A stretch of DNA of 64,000 nt, from positions 1-64,000 of IMG/VR virus record IMGVR_UViG_3300042934_000980; one strand, written 5' to 3'. A program made the position numbers and the translations under genes. The notes beneath the pieces are model-generated. The model had not been told where the DNA came from. It saw nothing but the letters and a program-made list of their open reading frames with translations, and did not search any database. Positions 26,155-36,147 of this stretch are shown here, one piece after another. Numbering within the stretch: position 1 is the stretch's first letter; every line of letters begins with the position of its first letter.

Positions 26155-27492
26155 TCAACTGTTCACCGTCACCGTTTGGTTGCTGATAAAGAGCTCCAAG
26201 GCGGCATGCTCTCTGAACACCGGAGACACCGACTGGGTGTCTTTAACCGCTTCACCCCGTGCACTGATCACAGTTCCTTCCCGGTACATCAGGGTTTCAC
26301 TGCCGTGCATGAAGTAGAACCTGCACGGCATCCCAGGAACCAGTTGGTCGATGTCGGAGTTGTGCCAGTTCAAGGACACAATCGAGCCATCGGCGTACGC
26401 GTTCTGGGAGAGCAGCTTACAGAGGTTGTTGGTGGGCTTGTCATGGAAAGGCAGCACTTCCTCCCCACTGCCGCGCTCAGAGGTCTTGTACTCGCTCAGA
26501 GAGTCTTGGCGCGTGGTTAACGCTTGACCCCGGGCGTAGTACCGTCCCACCTCCCCCATCACCGCGTCTGAGCTGATCACCCGCTTACCCGAACCCTTGT
26601 TCAGCTTCAAGACGTCAGAGCCGTCCACGTTGTCCCCACCCCCGGTTGCCAAGATGGTCAACACCTTGTCGTCGACAAACCAAGTGTTCTTAAGCGTGGG
26701 GAAGACGTCTTCAGGCAGTCGGTAGATATTGACCACTTTGCGGGCCTGCTCGTACCGACCGATCTTTAGGAGCGGGTAGACGTACCACATGCCTTTGCGG
26801 TAGTAACTCCCCATGGCCTTGCTGTAGAACCCGAACTTATCGTCGTTTTGCATCCACTCCGCCAGTTTGACCAGCGACATGGGCGGAATGACAATCACCC
26901 CAAAGATCCGTTCGTTGTCCATCGGCTCTTCAATGTCCACCCCCCGCCACGCATCAGCCCCGGTCAGGTTCAGCGTTTCGCCAAACTTGGTCAGCTGGTA
27001 ATGCAGGGCATCGCGCAGGGTGCACATCAACAGGTGATCAGAGACCTGTGCGTTGCGCAAGATGGCAAACCCTGGGTCCAGCAGCTGGAACGTCAGGGTC
27101 ACCATGTTGATCTCATCCTTGGTGGTCAGGTCTGCCATGGCCGTGTTGGTGCCGATCATGGTGGGGTCCGCGTCCCCTTGCGGGATAGCCCGGTAACGGG
27201 TCACCGTTTGGGTCAACCCTACCCGACGCACCACCTCGATGTACAGGTTATCGCGGTACGGCAGCACCCGGGTCTGGTACACCCCAGGTTGCAGCTGAGC
27301 GCTGATACGCACGTCATCGCTGTGGTTGATCCCAAACAGGCACAGTTTGGCCATGCCCGTTGGGATCAGCAAGGGGATTTGCTCAGTAGGGGTAATGATG
27401 GTGGCCGATATCTGAAACAGCCGTTCACTGCCGCTGCCGTCAATGGCGTTGGCGTAATTGATCAAGTTGGCTAACGGGCGTGGTAGTTCCAT
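26155..27492 (-). CDS. Virion structural protein, baseplate hub-like (phiKZ gp101-like)
   Basis: 445 aa; motifs GSYYRKGMWYVYP and WHNSDIDQLVPGMPCR, recognised from phiKZ-like structural clusters. Confidence 0.6.
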   Translation of the reverse strand: MELPRPLANLINYANAIDGSGSERLFQISATIITPTEQIPLLIPTGMAKLCLFGINHSDDVRISAQLQPGVYQTRVLPYRDNLYIEVVRRVGLTQTVTRYRAIPQGDADPTMIGTNTAMADLTTKDEINMVTLTFQLLDPGFAILRNAQVSDHLLMCTLRDALHYQLTKFGETLNLTGADAWRGVDIEEPMDNERIFGVIVIPPMSLVKLAEWMQNDDKFGFYSKAMGSYYRKGMWYVYPLLKIGRYEQARKVVNIYRLPEDVFPTLKNTWFVDDKVLTILATGGGDNVDGSDVLKLNKGSGKRVISSDAVMGEVGRYYARGQALTTRQDSLSEYKTSERGSGEEVLPFHDKPTNNLCKLLSQNAYADGSIVSLNWHNSDIDQLVPGMPCRFYFMHGSETLMYREGTVISARGEAVKDTQSVSPVFREHAALELFISNQTVTVNS

Positions 27493-27495
27493 GCC

Positions 27496-28206
27496 TTATC
27501 CCCTGAAGAGCCATTCGGTAGTGTCGTTACCGTGGGTCTCCAATTTGGCCAGACTGTCTGCCAGAGCCGCCGTAGGCACCGCAGGACGGTCCAGCATGAA
27601 GTTTTCGGACGTGGCGAAATCGGTGTTCTGCAAGGCATCCAAGTGACTTACAAAACTGATGTCGTCCAGTTTCTTGTTGTAGCTAAAGAGCATCCCCAGC
27701 CCCATCAGGCCTTTGCGGTTTAAGGCCTCATCTTCACGCATCTGCTTGTTGATGTCATGGGTCATCTTGAACGGCTTGATCTTTTTGTACATGGGGAACA
27801 GGTGGTAGGCCAAGGTTTCCAAGTACCGCAGCTCCGTGGTGGGCGGGGTCGGAAACTCCGGGGCGTTGGTCATCATCTCGCACCACAAGGAGATGTACTC
27901 CTGAATGGACTCGTAGATCTCCACCACCGTGTCGTTGGCGTCGCGAAACCCCAGATCATTGGGTCCGGTCACGTTGGGTAACAGGTCAATGATCTGGGGC
28001 ACCTTCATGCGCCGTACTTGAAACTCGCTGTAGTAGGTGTTGTCGTTGGCAAAACCTTCTTGCCGGTACTGCTCCCGGTCACGCATCTGTTCCAAGGTCA
28101 TCAGCGTGGCCGGGGTTACCCAGACTTCGTACTGGCGGTTGTTGAGGATGTTAAACAGTTTAAACACCCGCAGCCGCAGCGCGTTGTAACGCGATTCAGT
28201 CATCAT
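27496..28206 (-). CDS. Conserved hypothetical protein (phiKZ gp100-like)
   Basis: 236-aa ORF in the operon; motif EIYESIQEYISLW...ELRYLE. Confidence 0.55.
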   Translation of the reverse strand: MMTESRYNALRLRVFKLFNILNNRQYEVWVTPATLMTLEQMRDREQYRQEGFANDNTYYSEFQVRRMKVPQIIDLLPNVTGPNDLGFRDANDTVVEIYESIQEYISLWCEMMTNAPEFPTPPTTELRYLETLAYHLFPMYKKIKPFKMTHDINKQMREDEALNRKGLMGLGMLFSYNKKLDDISFVSHLDALQNTDFATSENFMLDRPAVPTAALADSLAKLETHGNDTTEWLFRG

Positions 28207-29492
28207 ATCGTGGTTCTCAGTTTACGACTTGCCTCCAGCAACAGAATCAGGATGGCCCCGTAGTACAGCTGCTGGCGTTGCGGCAAATCAAAGTACGTTT
28301 TGCAGTAGCGCAACAAGCGCTGCCGGTCCAAGATTTTGTCTTTGAGTACCGACCAGACCAAGTGTTCAAATTCATTGGCCGGCTGGCCTTTGTAGAACTC
28401 TTCGGTGAACAGGTAGTTGGCGATCGGTTCGCTGACGCTTGGTTGTAGAATCGGAAAGCCGTCAGCGTTGAAGTACGCCTTGTACTGGATAAAGTCTTCC
28501 GGGTTGGTCGTCACAAAGTAACGGAACTTGCTGGAGCGCAGGTTACCGTACATCCGGGTGTTGGCCAGGCGGGTGGTCTGCATCAACGCCGCTTTGTCGT
28601 CGCAGATGCGCAGCAGGTTAAAGTCCCCACGCAGCAACACTTCCCAGATGTTGATAGTGCCGTGGTAGCCGCGCTCCAACCCGCCGTACTGAACCGAGAA
28701 CTGATTGATGAACGGGTAGGTGGTGCGCAGATCCGGCGGCATGATCGCGCACAGGAAGTTCACCAAGTACGGGTCATAGACGTACTGACCTTGGCTGTTC
28801 TTGAACGCGATGGTCTTTTCCGGGTTCCAGTAGAAGGTGCGCATCAGGTAGTTGCCGATGGTCCCCCGCCAGCTGAAGAGCTCCTTACTGGCTTCGAACT
28901 CGTCAGTGGTCAGCAGACCTGCCCCACCACTTAACGCTGAATCCTTGGAGTAGACCAGTTCTTTAACCACACAGCTGTTGAGGGCTAGGTAGTTCTCCTC
29001 GGTCAAGATCCCCATCAACTTGTAGGTGATGTAGTAGACCTTGTTGGCCGTGAAGTTGCGGATCTCGGGTTGTTCGGTAATCATGAACAACCCGGCGTTG
29101 CCGTCGCCGATGTCAAAGATGATCACGTCATAGCGTACCGGGGCCACGTCCATGACCACCCAGCCATTGCACTCCGTTGTGGACTGAGCAGTGGTGGGGT
29201 CAAAGTTGTACGCCCCGCCGCCTTCTTGGCGGATGATGCAGTTCTTGATCCGGGTGTAACTTTGGTAGGTCCCGGTGTTGCCCGGCGAGAACGGGGTCGG
29301 TTCTTCGTCCCCCGTCAGGTACTGGCGGTAGTACTCACCCAAGCGCGGCGAACCGCTGACCATGGTAAGCAGGCTGACTTCAGGTTGATACGAGGAGTCA
29401 ACGATCGAATGCTTGTAGCTATCAGAATAGATCTTGGGGACTTCCGGCTCCGGCGCCTTGTTCTCCCCCAAGGGGGTAATGTTAACGGGCAT
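28203..29492 (-). CDS. Virion structural protein (phiKZ gp99-like)
   Basis: 429 aa; motifs SLLTMVSGS, DIGDGNAGLF and YDPYLVNF. Confidence 0.6.
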   Translation of the reverse strand: MPVNITPLGENKAPEPEVPKIYSDSYKHSIVDSSYQPEVSLLTMVSGSPRLGEYYRQYLTGDEEPTPFSPGNTGTYQSYTRIKNCIIRQEGGGAYNFDPTTAQSTTECNGWVVMDVAPVRYDVIIFDIGDGNAGLFMITEQPEIRNFTANKVYYITYKLMGILTEENYLALNSCVVKELVYSKDSALSGGAGLLTTDEFEASKELFSWRGTIGNYLMRTFYWNPEKTIAFKNSQGQYVYDPYLVNFLCAIMPPDLRTTYPFINQFSVQYGGLERGYHGTINIWEVLLRGDFNLLRICDDKAALMQTTRLANTRMYGNLRSSKFRYFVTTNPEDFIQYKAYFNADGFPILQPSVSEPIANYLFTEEFYKGQPANEFEHLVWSVLKDKILDRQRLLRYCKTYFDLPQRQQLYYGAILILLLEASRKLRTTI

Positions 29493-31014
29493 GCTTAACT
29501 TCCTCGATCAAAACAAACGCGTTAAGGTCAGCGTTCATCGTGTAAGTGTTGAAAGCGGGCTGTCCACGGCCAAAGCCTTTGGCGATGTCACGGCGCACTT
29601 CGTAAAGGTGGTTGATCCAGTCATCGTCAAACTGACCCCAGTCGTAGTTGGGGAAGATCGACTCGACCAAGCCCCATTCGTCCCGGTGTTCGCGCAGATC
29701 ATCCCAGAAGGCGTCTGCGTAGTCTCTGATGGCCCAATCGAGTAAAACCACAACACGGTATGTGTTCTTAAGGTTAGGCGCCCTGAGCAGCGTTATAGAG
29801 CCTTTGTCGTCCATCTGCAGATCCGTCGGGGAAACCCGCTGGTCATTGCTGTAGACTTGGATGAGGAACGGGGAGTGGTGATTGCCGAATACCCATTCAT
29901 GCCGCCGACACATGTACGCCTTGACCTGGGGGTTCCACTGGAAGCTTGGCAGGTCATCGAAGATGTTGCACAGCACCTGCTGTTCTTCAGCAGCCACCGT
30001 AAGGCGAGCCTGCACCACCGGTTGCAACCATGACTGCGCCGGCCACACCCACGGGTCGTGGTCGGGCAACTTGACGTAGTAAGGACCTTGAATGGCACGG
30101 TCAGGGAAACTGATGTCCCGGGCAAATGCCACTTCTGGAGCCACCCGGCGGTTGAACTCCTCCTTGTACTTGGTTTGGACCCGGGGAATGTAGACCGCAG
30201 GGATCTCGTCTTGGTAGACCATCAGCGGGTAGATCAATTCCCAGCCAATGAATTCTTGGAAGAAGAAGCTGTAGCTAAGTGTCACTTCGTACTTGCCAAA
30301 AATCTCAGCCCGGCGACTTAACGCGGTGCGTGGCTCATTGAAGTAGATACCAATGTTGTCCAAGCGCATCGGGAAGACGTTACGACGCATTTGGTTGGCG
30401 ACGTTACTGATGATGGTCATCGGGGCTTGGCAGCCTTTTTCAAACCAGTCTTCCAAAGCCGGGAAAGTGGGATCGTTCTTGGCCAGCAGCTTGTGGATCT
30501 CTTTGAAGAACTCCACGATGGTGGGGTTCATCAGCAAGTGGACCGTGGCGCTGAAGTTGTACGCCCCCACTTGGTTGGCCTGCAGCCGGTTAATCCGGTT
30601 GACAAACTGCTGGGCCGGGGTACGACTGTTGAAGTTGGCCGTAACGTTAACCGTGATCTTGCGCCCTTCAAAAGACGGGGTCAACATCAAGGGCAGGGCG
30701 CCATCATCGGACCACACCGACATCTCGGTCTGCATCCGGCGTTGGTTACTGAAGCCTGAGTTAAATTCATGGGCTTCGACTTCGGTGGTGACAAAGATCT
30801 TGTTACGGAAAATGCCGTCGGTGTAAAACGCTGCGCGGTCGCCATCGCCCATGTTGTTGCCCACCAGCTTGGCAACTTCGTTTTCACCGTTGTAGTAGAT
30901 CTGCGCTGCGCTCTGCAAGTTGTAGAACCGCAGGGTGGCGCGCAGTGAATCAAGGACAGCCGGCCGGAAGAAGGCGTTGTAATCCTCTTCTGACTCAACG
31001 AACGTTTCTAACAT
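29482..31014 (-). CDS. Virion structural protein (phiKZ gp98-like)
   Basis: Start moved to MLETFVE at 31014; the longer track ORF overlaps the next gene. Confidence 0.6.
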   Translation of the reverse strand: MLETFVESEEDYNAFFRPAVLDSLRATLRFYNLQSAAQIYYNGENEVAKLVGNNMGDGDRAAFYTDGIFRNKIFVTTEVEAHEFNSGFSNQRRMQTEMSVWSDDGALPLMLTPSFEGRKITVNVTANFNSRTPAQQFVNRINRLQANQVGAYNFSATVHLLMNPTIVEFFKEIHKLLAKNDPTFPALEDWFEKGCQAPMTIISNVANQMRRNVFPMRLDNIGIYFNEPRTALSRRAEIFGKYEVTLSYSFFFQEFIGWELIYPLMVYQDEIPAVYIPRVQTKYKEEFNRRVAPEVAFARDISFPDRAIQGPYYVKLPDHDPWVWPAQSWLQPVVQARLTVAAEEQQVLCNIFDDLPSFQWNPQVKAYMCRRHEWVFGNHHSPFLIQVYSNDQRVSPTDLQMDDKGSITLLRAPNLKNTYRVVVLLDWAIRDYADAFWDDLREHRDEWGLVESIFPNYDWGQFDDDWINHLYEVRRDIAKGFGRGQPAFNTYTMNADLNAFVLIEEVKHAR

Positions 31015-31084
31015 GACAAAGTACCTGCGGGGGTAAAGAAAATAAAACCAGTATGGAAGGTGACCCCTCCATACTGGCGTGGCC

Positions 31085-31831
31085 TTACTCGGTGTCTTCC
31101 GAGGCTTCTGTTTCAGGCACAGCTTCTTGTACGGGCAGTGCAAACCGTATGCACCAAAAGTTACCGCTGAAGTCTTTAAGGGCCAAGACTTTGGAAACGC
31201 CGTCTTGCAAGACGTCAATCACCTCACCCATGGCCAAGTCCTCAAGCGTAGGCATCACCTCCAGTTTAAGCGCTGTGAGGTATTCCAACACCGTCTCACT
31301 GAACTCGCGGGTCAACTGGTTGCCCGTCAGGTACTGACCTTCTTCAACGCTGAACACCGTGCTGATCAACGCCAGCTGGGTGCGTTCGCGTTCAAGAGAA
31401 GGCCTTAAAATACCGTCAGGTTTGTCGCACTTGCCTTTTTGGCGCAGGGTGAAGGTGAGTACCCCCCGCATGCTCACCGAGTCCTTAAGAATCGGCACGG
31501 TGCGCGACAGGGTTACTTGGTCACCAAACACCACGCGGCTGTTGCCCACGCTGTAATCCACACCGGGCACCAAGAACAGGCGGTACTTCTCCGCCAGCTT
31601 TTGCATGACTTCTTCCATGCTGGTGCCTTCGGCCACTTCCAGATCGACCACTTGAGAGCCTAGGTAGGTTGCCACGTCCGCTTTGGGCATCAAAACCCGC
31701 TTGATGCCTTGTTCGCGTTTAACCATGAACAACCCCTGCGTGGGGTTTTCGGACATGGCGCCTACCACTTCAGCACCCTGGGGCAACCGAGCCACGATGG
31801 ACTCCAAGATACGAGGGTGTACATTTTTCAT
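31085..31831 (-). CDS. Probable virion accessory protein
   Basis: 248 aa; LVPGVDYSV...DSVSMRGVL pattern like 5901..6305. Confidence 0.5.
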   Translation of the reverse strand: MKNVHPRILESIVARLPQGAEVVGAMSENPTQGLFMVKREQGIKRVLMPKADVATYLGSQVVDLEVAEGTSMEEVMQKLAEKYRLFLVPGVDYSVGNSRVVFGDQVTLSRTVPILKDSVSMRGVLTFTLRQKGKCDKPDGILRPSLERERTQLALISTVFSVEEGQYLTGNQLTREFSETVLEYLTALKLEVMPTLEDLAMGEVIDVLQDGVSKVLALKDFSGNFWCIRFALPVQEAVPETEASEDTE

Positions 31832-31834
31832 GGC

Positions 31835-33235
31835 TTAATCGCCCTTGCTTGTGTCTTCGACAAAGATCTTCGGGTTGATCCCGGCAATGGCCTTCTTCAA
31901 CCCAGACATCCACTTGTTGTGTTGCGAAAGTTCGGCCTTCACCTTTTTCAAGGCTTCCTTGGCTTCGGCCACTTTCTCTTGCACCCGGGCTTTGTTGGCC
32001 GCCACGACTTCTTTGTTCTCTTCGTCGCCTTTGTCCGCGTCGTCGCCGGCCTTCTTAAGCTCGTCTATCGTCTTCTGTGCTTCTTTGATCTTGTCGGCCA
32101 CACCCGAGCCGTCCAAGATCCCCTTGCGCATAAACCCCAACATCCCATCCAGCACACGGGCGCCGTCCGCAGGGGTGGTGAGGTTACTGACCAGGTTCTT
32201 AAGCCTGCCGGTGGGGTCGATCTTTTCAGCCAGATCGTTGATGCCCTTACGGGCCGCGTCATTGATTCTGGCCGGGGTGTCTGACTTAATGGATTGCAAG
32301 GCTTTCTTGTTGGTGTCCGCGGTTTCTTTGGCGTCGTCCATTTTCTCTTGGTCGTCGCCTTCGTCAAACAGCTCCTTGACCGCCTTAAGTGACTCTACCG
32401 CCACTTCGTACGCTTTACGCCCCAGCTCTTTAAGAGCATCAAACACCGCCCCTTCCTGACCTTCCACGCGCCGCAGCCTTAGGCTGTTGGCGTGGGCCAC
32501 CCCTTCCATGTACGCCCGAGGCGCCGTGTCGCGGTCGGCCAAGAGGTCTTCAAACCCTTCCACCATCATCACCGCTTCATCCAGCCGGCAACCGCACAGG
32601 CAGTTCTCGTCACCGCACTCGTCGGTATCGAGTTCAAAGTCAGGCTCCGCAGGTTCAGGCAGATCGACCAGTGCCGACTCGGGGAATTCAGGCACCCCAC
32701 TTACCGCAGCAAAACGGCTGGTAACAAACACGTCCGTCAACTCCAGCGCTTTGAGCACTTGGTGCAGGTTGTGGGTGTGGAGTTGGAACTGCGTGCGTGG
32801 GGCTTGTTCCTCGTACCCTTCGTCGTGCAGCTTGTAGAGCTCCGCCAGCTTTTGGTAGCCGGTCTCGATCAACAGCAACACCCCGTCGGTCTCGCCGTAG
32901 ATCCCACCCTTATTCCCCATGGCACTGATGTTCACCGCCATCTGCCGGCACGTCTCACCTTGGGCCACGTCAATGGACTGGGCAAGCTCTGTGAGGTAGA
33001 GGTTAAGCGCCGGGTTGGTTTGAATCTCCAGCGACTCGTAGTACTTAAGGTCGGCGTCAAACTCACCCACCGAACGGATGTACTCTTGGCGGATGCGGTC
33101 TTTGTCCTGGAGCACGTCACCGTAAATGCCGAGCTGGACCAGCATGTTGAAAAGCACGGGGTTTTCTTCAGGGTCGACCGTCTTGTCTTCGGCCATCAGC
33201 AACCCTAGCATCTCCAGCTTGATTTGCTTGTTCAT
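31835..33235 (-). CDS. Internal head protein
   Basis: EGQE|GAVFDALKELG followed by an amphipathic helix; Lys/Ala/Glu-rich C-terminal half. Confidence 0.6.
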   Translation of the reverse strand: MNKQIKLEMLGLLMAEDKTVDPEENPVLFNMLVQLGIYGDVLQDKDRIRQEYIRSVGEFDADLKYYESLEIQTNPALNLYLTELAQSIDVAQGETCRQMAVNISAMGNKGGIYGETDGVLLLIETGYQKLAELYKLHDEGYEEQAPRTQFQLHTHNLHQVLKALELTDVFVTSRFAAVSGVPEFPESALVDLPEPAEPDFELDTDECGDENCLCGCRLDEAVMMVEGFEDLLADRDTAPRAYMEGVAHANSLRLRRVEGQEGAVFDALKELGRKAYEVAVESLKAVKELFDEGDDQEKMDDAKETADTNKKALQSIKSDTPARINDAARKGINDLAEKIDPTGRLKNLVSNLTTPADGARVLDGMLGFMRKGILDGSGVADKIKEAQKTIDELKKAGDDADKGDEENKEVVAANKARVQEKVAEAKEALKKVKAELSQHNKWMSGLKKAIAGINPKIFVEDTSKGD

Positions 33236-33244
33236 CGGATACCC

Positions 33245-33736
33245 CTATTTGATTTTGATTTGAACCACGCCTTTGTAGACCACCGCGCGGCGGGCATCAA
33301 CAATCAGGCAGTCATCCAGTACGCTGAGATCGACTTGAGCACGGGGCAGGTCACCGATCCCGACCATCCGGGTCCAGTTGACAAAGTGCTGACCCAGTTC
33401 GTCGCTTTCTGGGATCAGTTCGTAGTCGCTGGTCTCCACCGGGTACTGAGCGGTCATGGGGTCGATCCCCAGTTGGCCGTTCAGCTGGCTTACATCACCC
33501 CCCAAAGACTCCTCAAAGGCGATGTGAGAGATGTCCAGAGGCAAGCCTTCAAACAGCACGCCCAAGTCCACACGAGCGATCAGCGCATTGCTGGAGGGGT
33601 CACTGGCCATGCTGTATTTGAACAGGTCTTTGTTCACGGCCTGTGCTTCACCAAAGCGTGGGTTCATCTGGGTGAGGCCGGCGTGACTTAGAGCACCTGT
33701 GACAATCACGGTTTGGTTCAGCAGGTTTAAGCGCAT
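33245..33736 (-). CDS. Hypothetical (virion) protein
   Basis: 163-aa ORF with an AAGG RBS in the structural operon. Confidence 0.55.
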   Translation of the reverse strand: MRLNLLNQTVIVTGALSHAGLTQMNPRFGEAQAVNKDLFKYSMASDPSSNALIARVDLGVLFEGLPLDISHIAFEESLGGDVSQLNGQLGIDPMTAQYPVETSDYELIPESDELGQHFVNWTRMVGIGDLPRAQVDLSVLDDCLIVDARRAVVYKGVVQIKIK

Positions 33737-33747
33737 CGTAGTTTACC

Positions 33748-34719
33748 TTAATCGTTGACAGCAGCCTTGAGGATATTGACAGCGGCACCCGCACCCCGAA
33801 ACAGCAGACTCTCCAATTCCTTGATAGTCCCCATGGAGGTACGGATGTGGCGGCGCAGCACTTCAAGCTCTGCAGTTTCTTCAACCTTGCCCAAGGCCTT
33901 AAGCAAACCGTTTTCCAGCTCAACCGATTTGTTGACCATGGTCTCCAGCTTGTTCTGTACGCCTTTGATCTCATCGACCAAGTGACGGACCTGGGTGAGG
34001 TTGGTCTTAAAACTACCCGGGGCTACCCGTGGGTCACGTGCCAGCTTTTCGGTGGAGATACGCCCTTCAGGGTTTACCTTCACCTTGTAGGGGCCAAAGA
34101 AGTGCTGACCCTCGGCAAAGTGGGTCTTGACCGCAGCCAGGTACTGTTCCAAGTCAGTGCCCTGGGTAGTCCCGCTGTGCACGGCCTGGGCAAACGCCCG
34201 GGTAGCGTCCAGGTAGTTCTCGACCTTGCCAATGGATGCTGCCAGCGTTTTGATCTCAGTTTCCAGCCAGGTCAGGCTAGGGTCTGGTTTCGACGCTTTG
34301 GTGTACAGCTCAAAGACTGAGAGCGGGTATTCAACGTCACCGGCTTTCACCCCCTTTACCTTGAGGGTGTCTTCTAAGTCTTCGGTCTTGTTCTCCAGCC
34401 GGGATTGCTTACCGGTAAAGAACTCCCACAGCCACTTAAAGAAATCCTTTACCGCTTGGATCAGGGCTTTGGTGCCGTTGGCAATCGAGCCCAAGAAACC
34501 TTCGGTCCCGGTCACTGTGTCAGTGAAGACCACAGGCTTATGTTCCAGCAGGGATTTGTAGAGCGATTCAAAACCCACAACGCGGTCGTACTCGCGGCTA
34601 AGCTTTAGCGGAGCATCGCCTTCGATCTGGGTGTCGTAGCCTTTTTGATCGGCCTCGTAATCCTCCAACACGGTAGGTGTGTTGATGAACCGAGGACTGG
34701 TCGCGGAAATGGAGGACAT
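33748..34719 (-). CDS. Internal head protein paralog
   Basis: Start MSSIS at 34719; TGTE|GFLGSIANGTKALIQAVKDFFKWLWEFF. Confidence 0.65.
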   Translation of the reverse strand: MSSISATSPRFINTPTVLEDYEADQKGYDTQIEGDAPLKLSREYDRVVGFESLYKSLLEHKPVVFTDTVTGTEGFLGSIANGTKALIQAVKDFFKWLWEFFTGKQSRLENKTEDLEDTLKVKGVKAGDVEYPLSVFELYTKASKPDPSLTWLETEIKTLAASIGKVENYLDATRAFAQAVHSGTTQGTDLEQYLAAVKTHFAEGQHFFGPYKVKVNPEGRISTEKLARDPRVAPGSFKTNLTQVRHLVDEIKGVQNKLETMVNKSVELENGLLKALGKVEETAELEVLRRHIRTSMGTIKELESLLFRGAGAAVNILKAAVND

Positions 34720-34790
34720 ATACCAACCCTTCGTAATGTGAATATAAAGGTGCCTATAGCATTCTGGAAAAACCCCCAAGCGGCCATAAG

Positions 34791-34822
34791 GCTAACCCCC
34801 GGGATTGCTCCAGGGGGTTAGC
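34791..34822 (-). terminator. Hairpin after abundant head protein gene
   Basis: 10-bp stem GCTAACCCCC/GGGGGTTAGC. Confidence 0.7.
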
Positions 34823-34851
34823 TTATTTACAGCAGGCTTAACCCGTGAGGG

Positions 34852-36102
34852 TTAGACGTGCGCGGAGACCGCGTCCAGAGTCCAGGAAGCGCAACGAACG
34901 TTGTGCTTGTTCAGGGCCTGGGTGAAGCTGGAAGCCGAGGTGTAGATAGCACGAACCAGCGCGATCTTCTCGTTGACTTCCTTGGCCTTTTCCTTGTCTT
35001 CGGCTTTGATCACGCCGAGGGAACCGATCACCTTGTCGCGAACCGACTTGGAGAACGAAGCCGAGACTTTGTCTTCACGCATCTGGGTGATGGTGCCACG
35101 CACTTCAGCCAGGATAGCCTTCAGACCAGCCTTGTCGACCTTCGGCGCAACTTCACCGGTGGTCAGCTTCTTGACGTCGCCAGAGCCGAAGTGGATCTTC
35201 AGCGAGCGAGCCAGGACAGCGGCTTCAGCCAGATCCTTCGCAGGACCTTCTTTCATTTCGGCGTGGATACGCACACCAGCCGACTGGCCGATCAGGATCT
35301 TCTTGTCGCCCTGGGATTTTGGACTGGCGTCCAGATCTTTCTTGGCGTCTTTGAAGACGGACAGCAGCAGGTCGCCGTAGGCGCTGTTGAAGCTGTTCAG
35401 GTCAACCGAGGTGACGTTCTGACCGATGTTGGTGAACTTGGCCAGGGCCGCCAGAGTACCGCTCCAGCCTTCGGTGCCTTCTTTCAGGCCGTGGGCTTCG
35501 TAGTCGAACAGAGCGTTCCAGCCGCCCAGCTTGATCTTTTCCTTGACGGCTTTGGCGTCGTCAACGCGCTTGACCAGTTGGTCGTGGCGGCGCAGCAGCT
35601 TTTCAGCCGAGGAGAAGATGCCGACGAAGAAGTTGATCACGGCGTTGAAGATGTGCTTGATGGCTTCGATAGCCTTCTTTGCCCAGCCCTTGACGGTGTC
35701 CATGAAGGACTCCATGCCGTGGCGAGCCATGATCTGCGCGGTGCCAGCGTCGCCCAGGGCTTCAACGCCCATACGGTCAACGGACACACCGCCGAGCTTG
35801 GCGTTCAGCTTGGTGGCGCGGTTGTAGAGGGTGGCGAACGCGGTGGAGTTGAACGAGCCGGAGCCGATCAGCGATTCCATGCCTTCCACAACTTCCTGGA
35901 TTTCTTCGACAGCTTCGTCCTGCTCTTCAACAGCAGCCTTCAGCTCTTCGATTTCCTGGCCTTGCTGTTCCAGCTCGACCTGAACTTCGGCGACTTCGGC
36001 GCGAACGGCGTCTTCCACGATTGCAGCGGTCTGCTCGCCTTCAGTGCCAGTGCCATTCAGCTCCAGGTTCTCGAAGCCGGCATAACGGTCCAAAATGCTC
36101 AT
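34852..36102 (-). CDS. Abundant internal head/inner-body protein (phiKZ gp93-95 paralog family type)
   Basis: Acidic coiled-coil propeptide with several G-x-E sites, then HGME|SFMDTVKGWAKKAIEAIKHIFNAVINFF; MCP-like codon bias. Confidence 0.7.
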   Translation of the reverse strand: MSILDRYAGFENLELNGTGTEGEQTAAIVEDAVRAEVAEVQVELEQQGQEIEELKAAVEEQDEAVEEIQEVVEGMESLIGSGSFNSTAFATLYNRATKLNAKLGGVSVDRMGVEALGDAGTAQIMARHGMESFMDTVKGWAKKAIEAIKHIFNAVINFFVGIFSSAEKLLRRHDQLVKRVDDAKAVKEKIKLGGWNALFDYEAHGLKEGTEGWSGTLAALAKFTNIGQNVTSVDLNSFNSAYGDLLLSVFKDAKKDLDASPKSQGDKKILIGQSAGVRIHAEMKEGPAKDLAEAAVLARSLKIHFGSGDVKKLTTGEVAPKVDKAGLKAILAEVRGTITQMREDKVSASFSKSVRDKVIGSLGVIKAEDKEKAKEVNEKIALVRAIYTSASSFTQALNKHNVRCASWTLDAVSAHV

Positions 36103-36147
36103 TGGGTATATCCTTCGTTAACGAAAATGATTGTCTGTTTAAACAGG

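Noticed and set aside
31015-31218. N-terminal extension of the 578-aa track ORF
   Set aside because: Overlaps the neighbouring gene on the same strand; ATG at 31014 is the plausible start.
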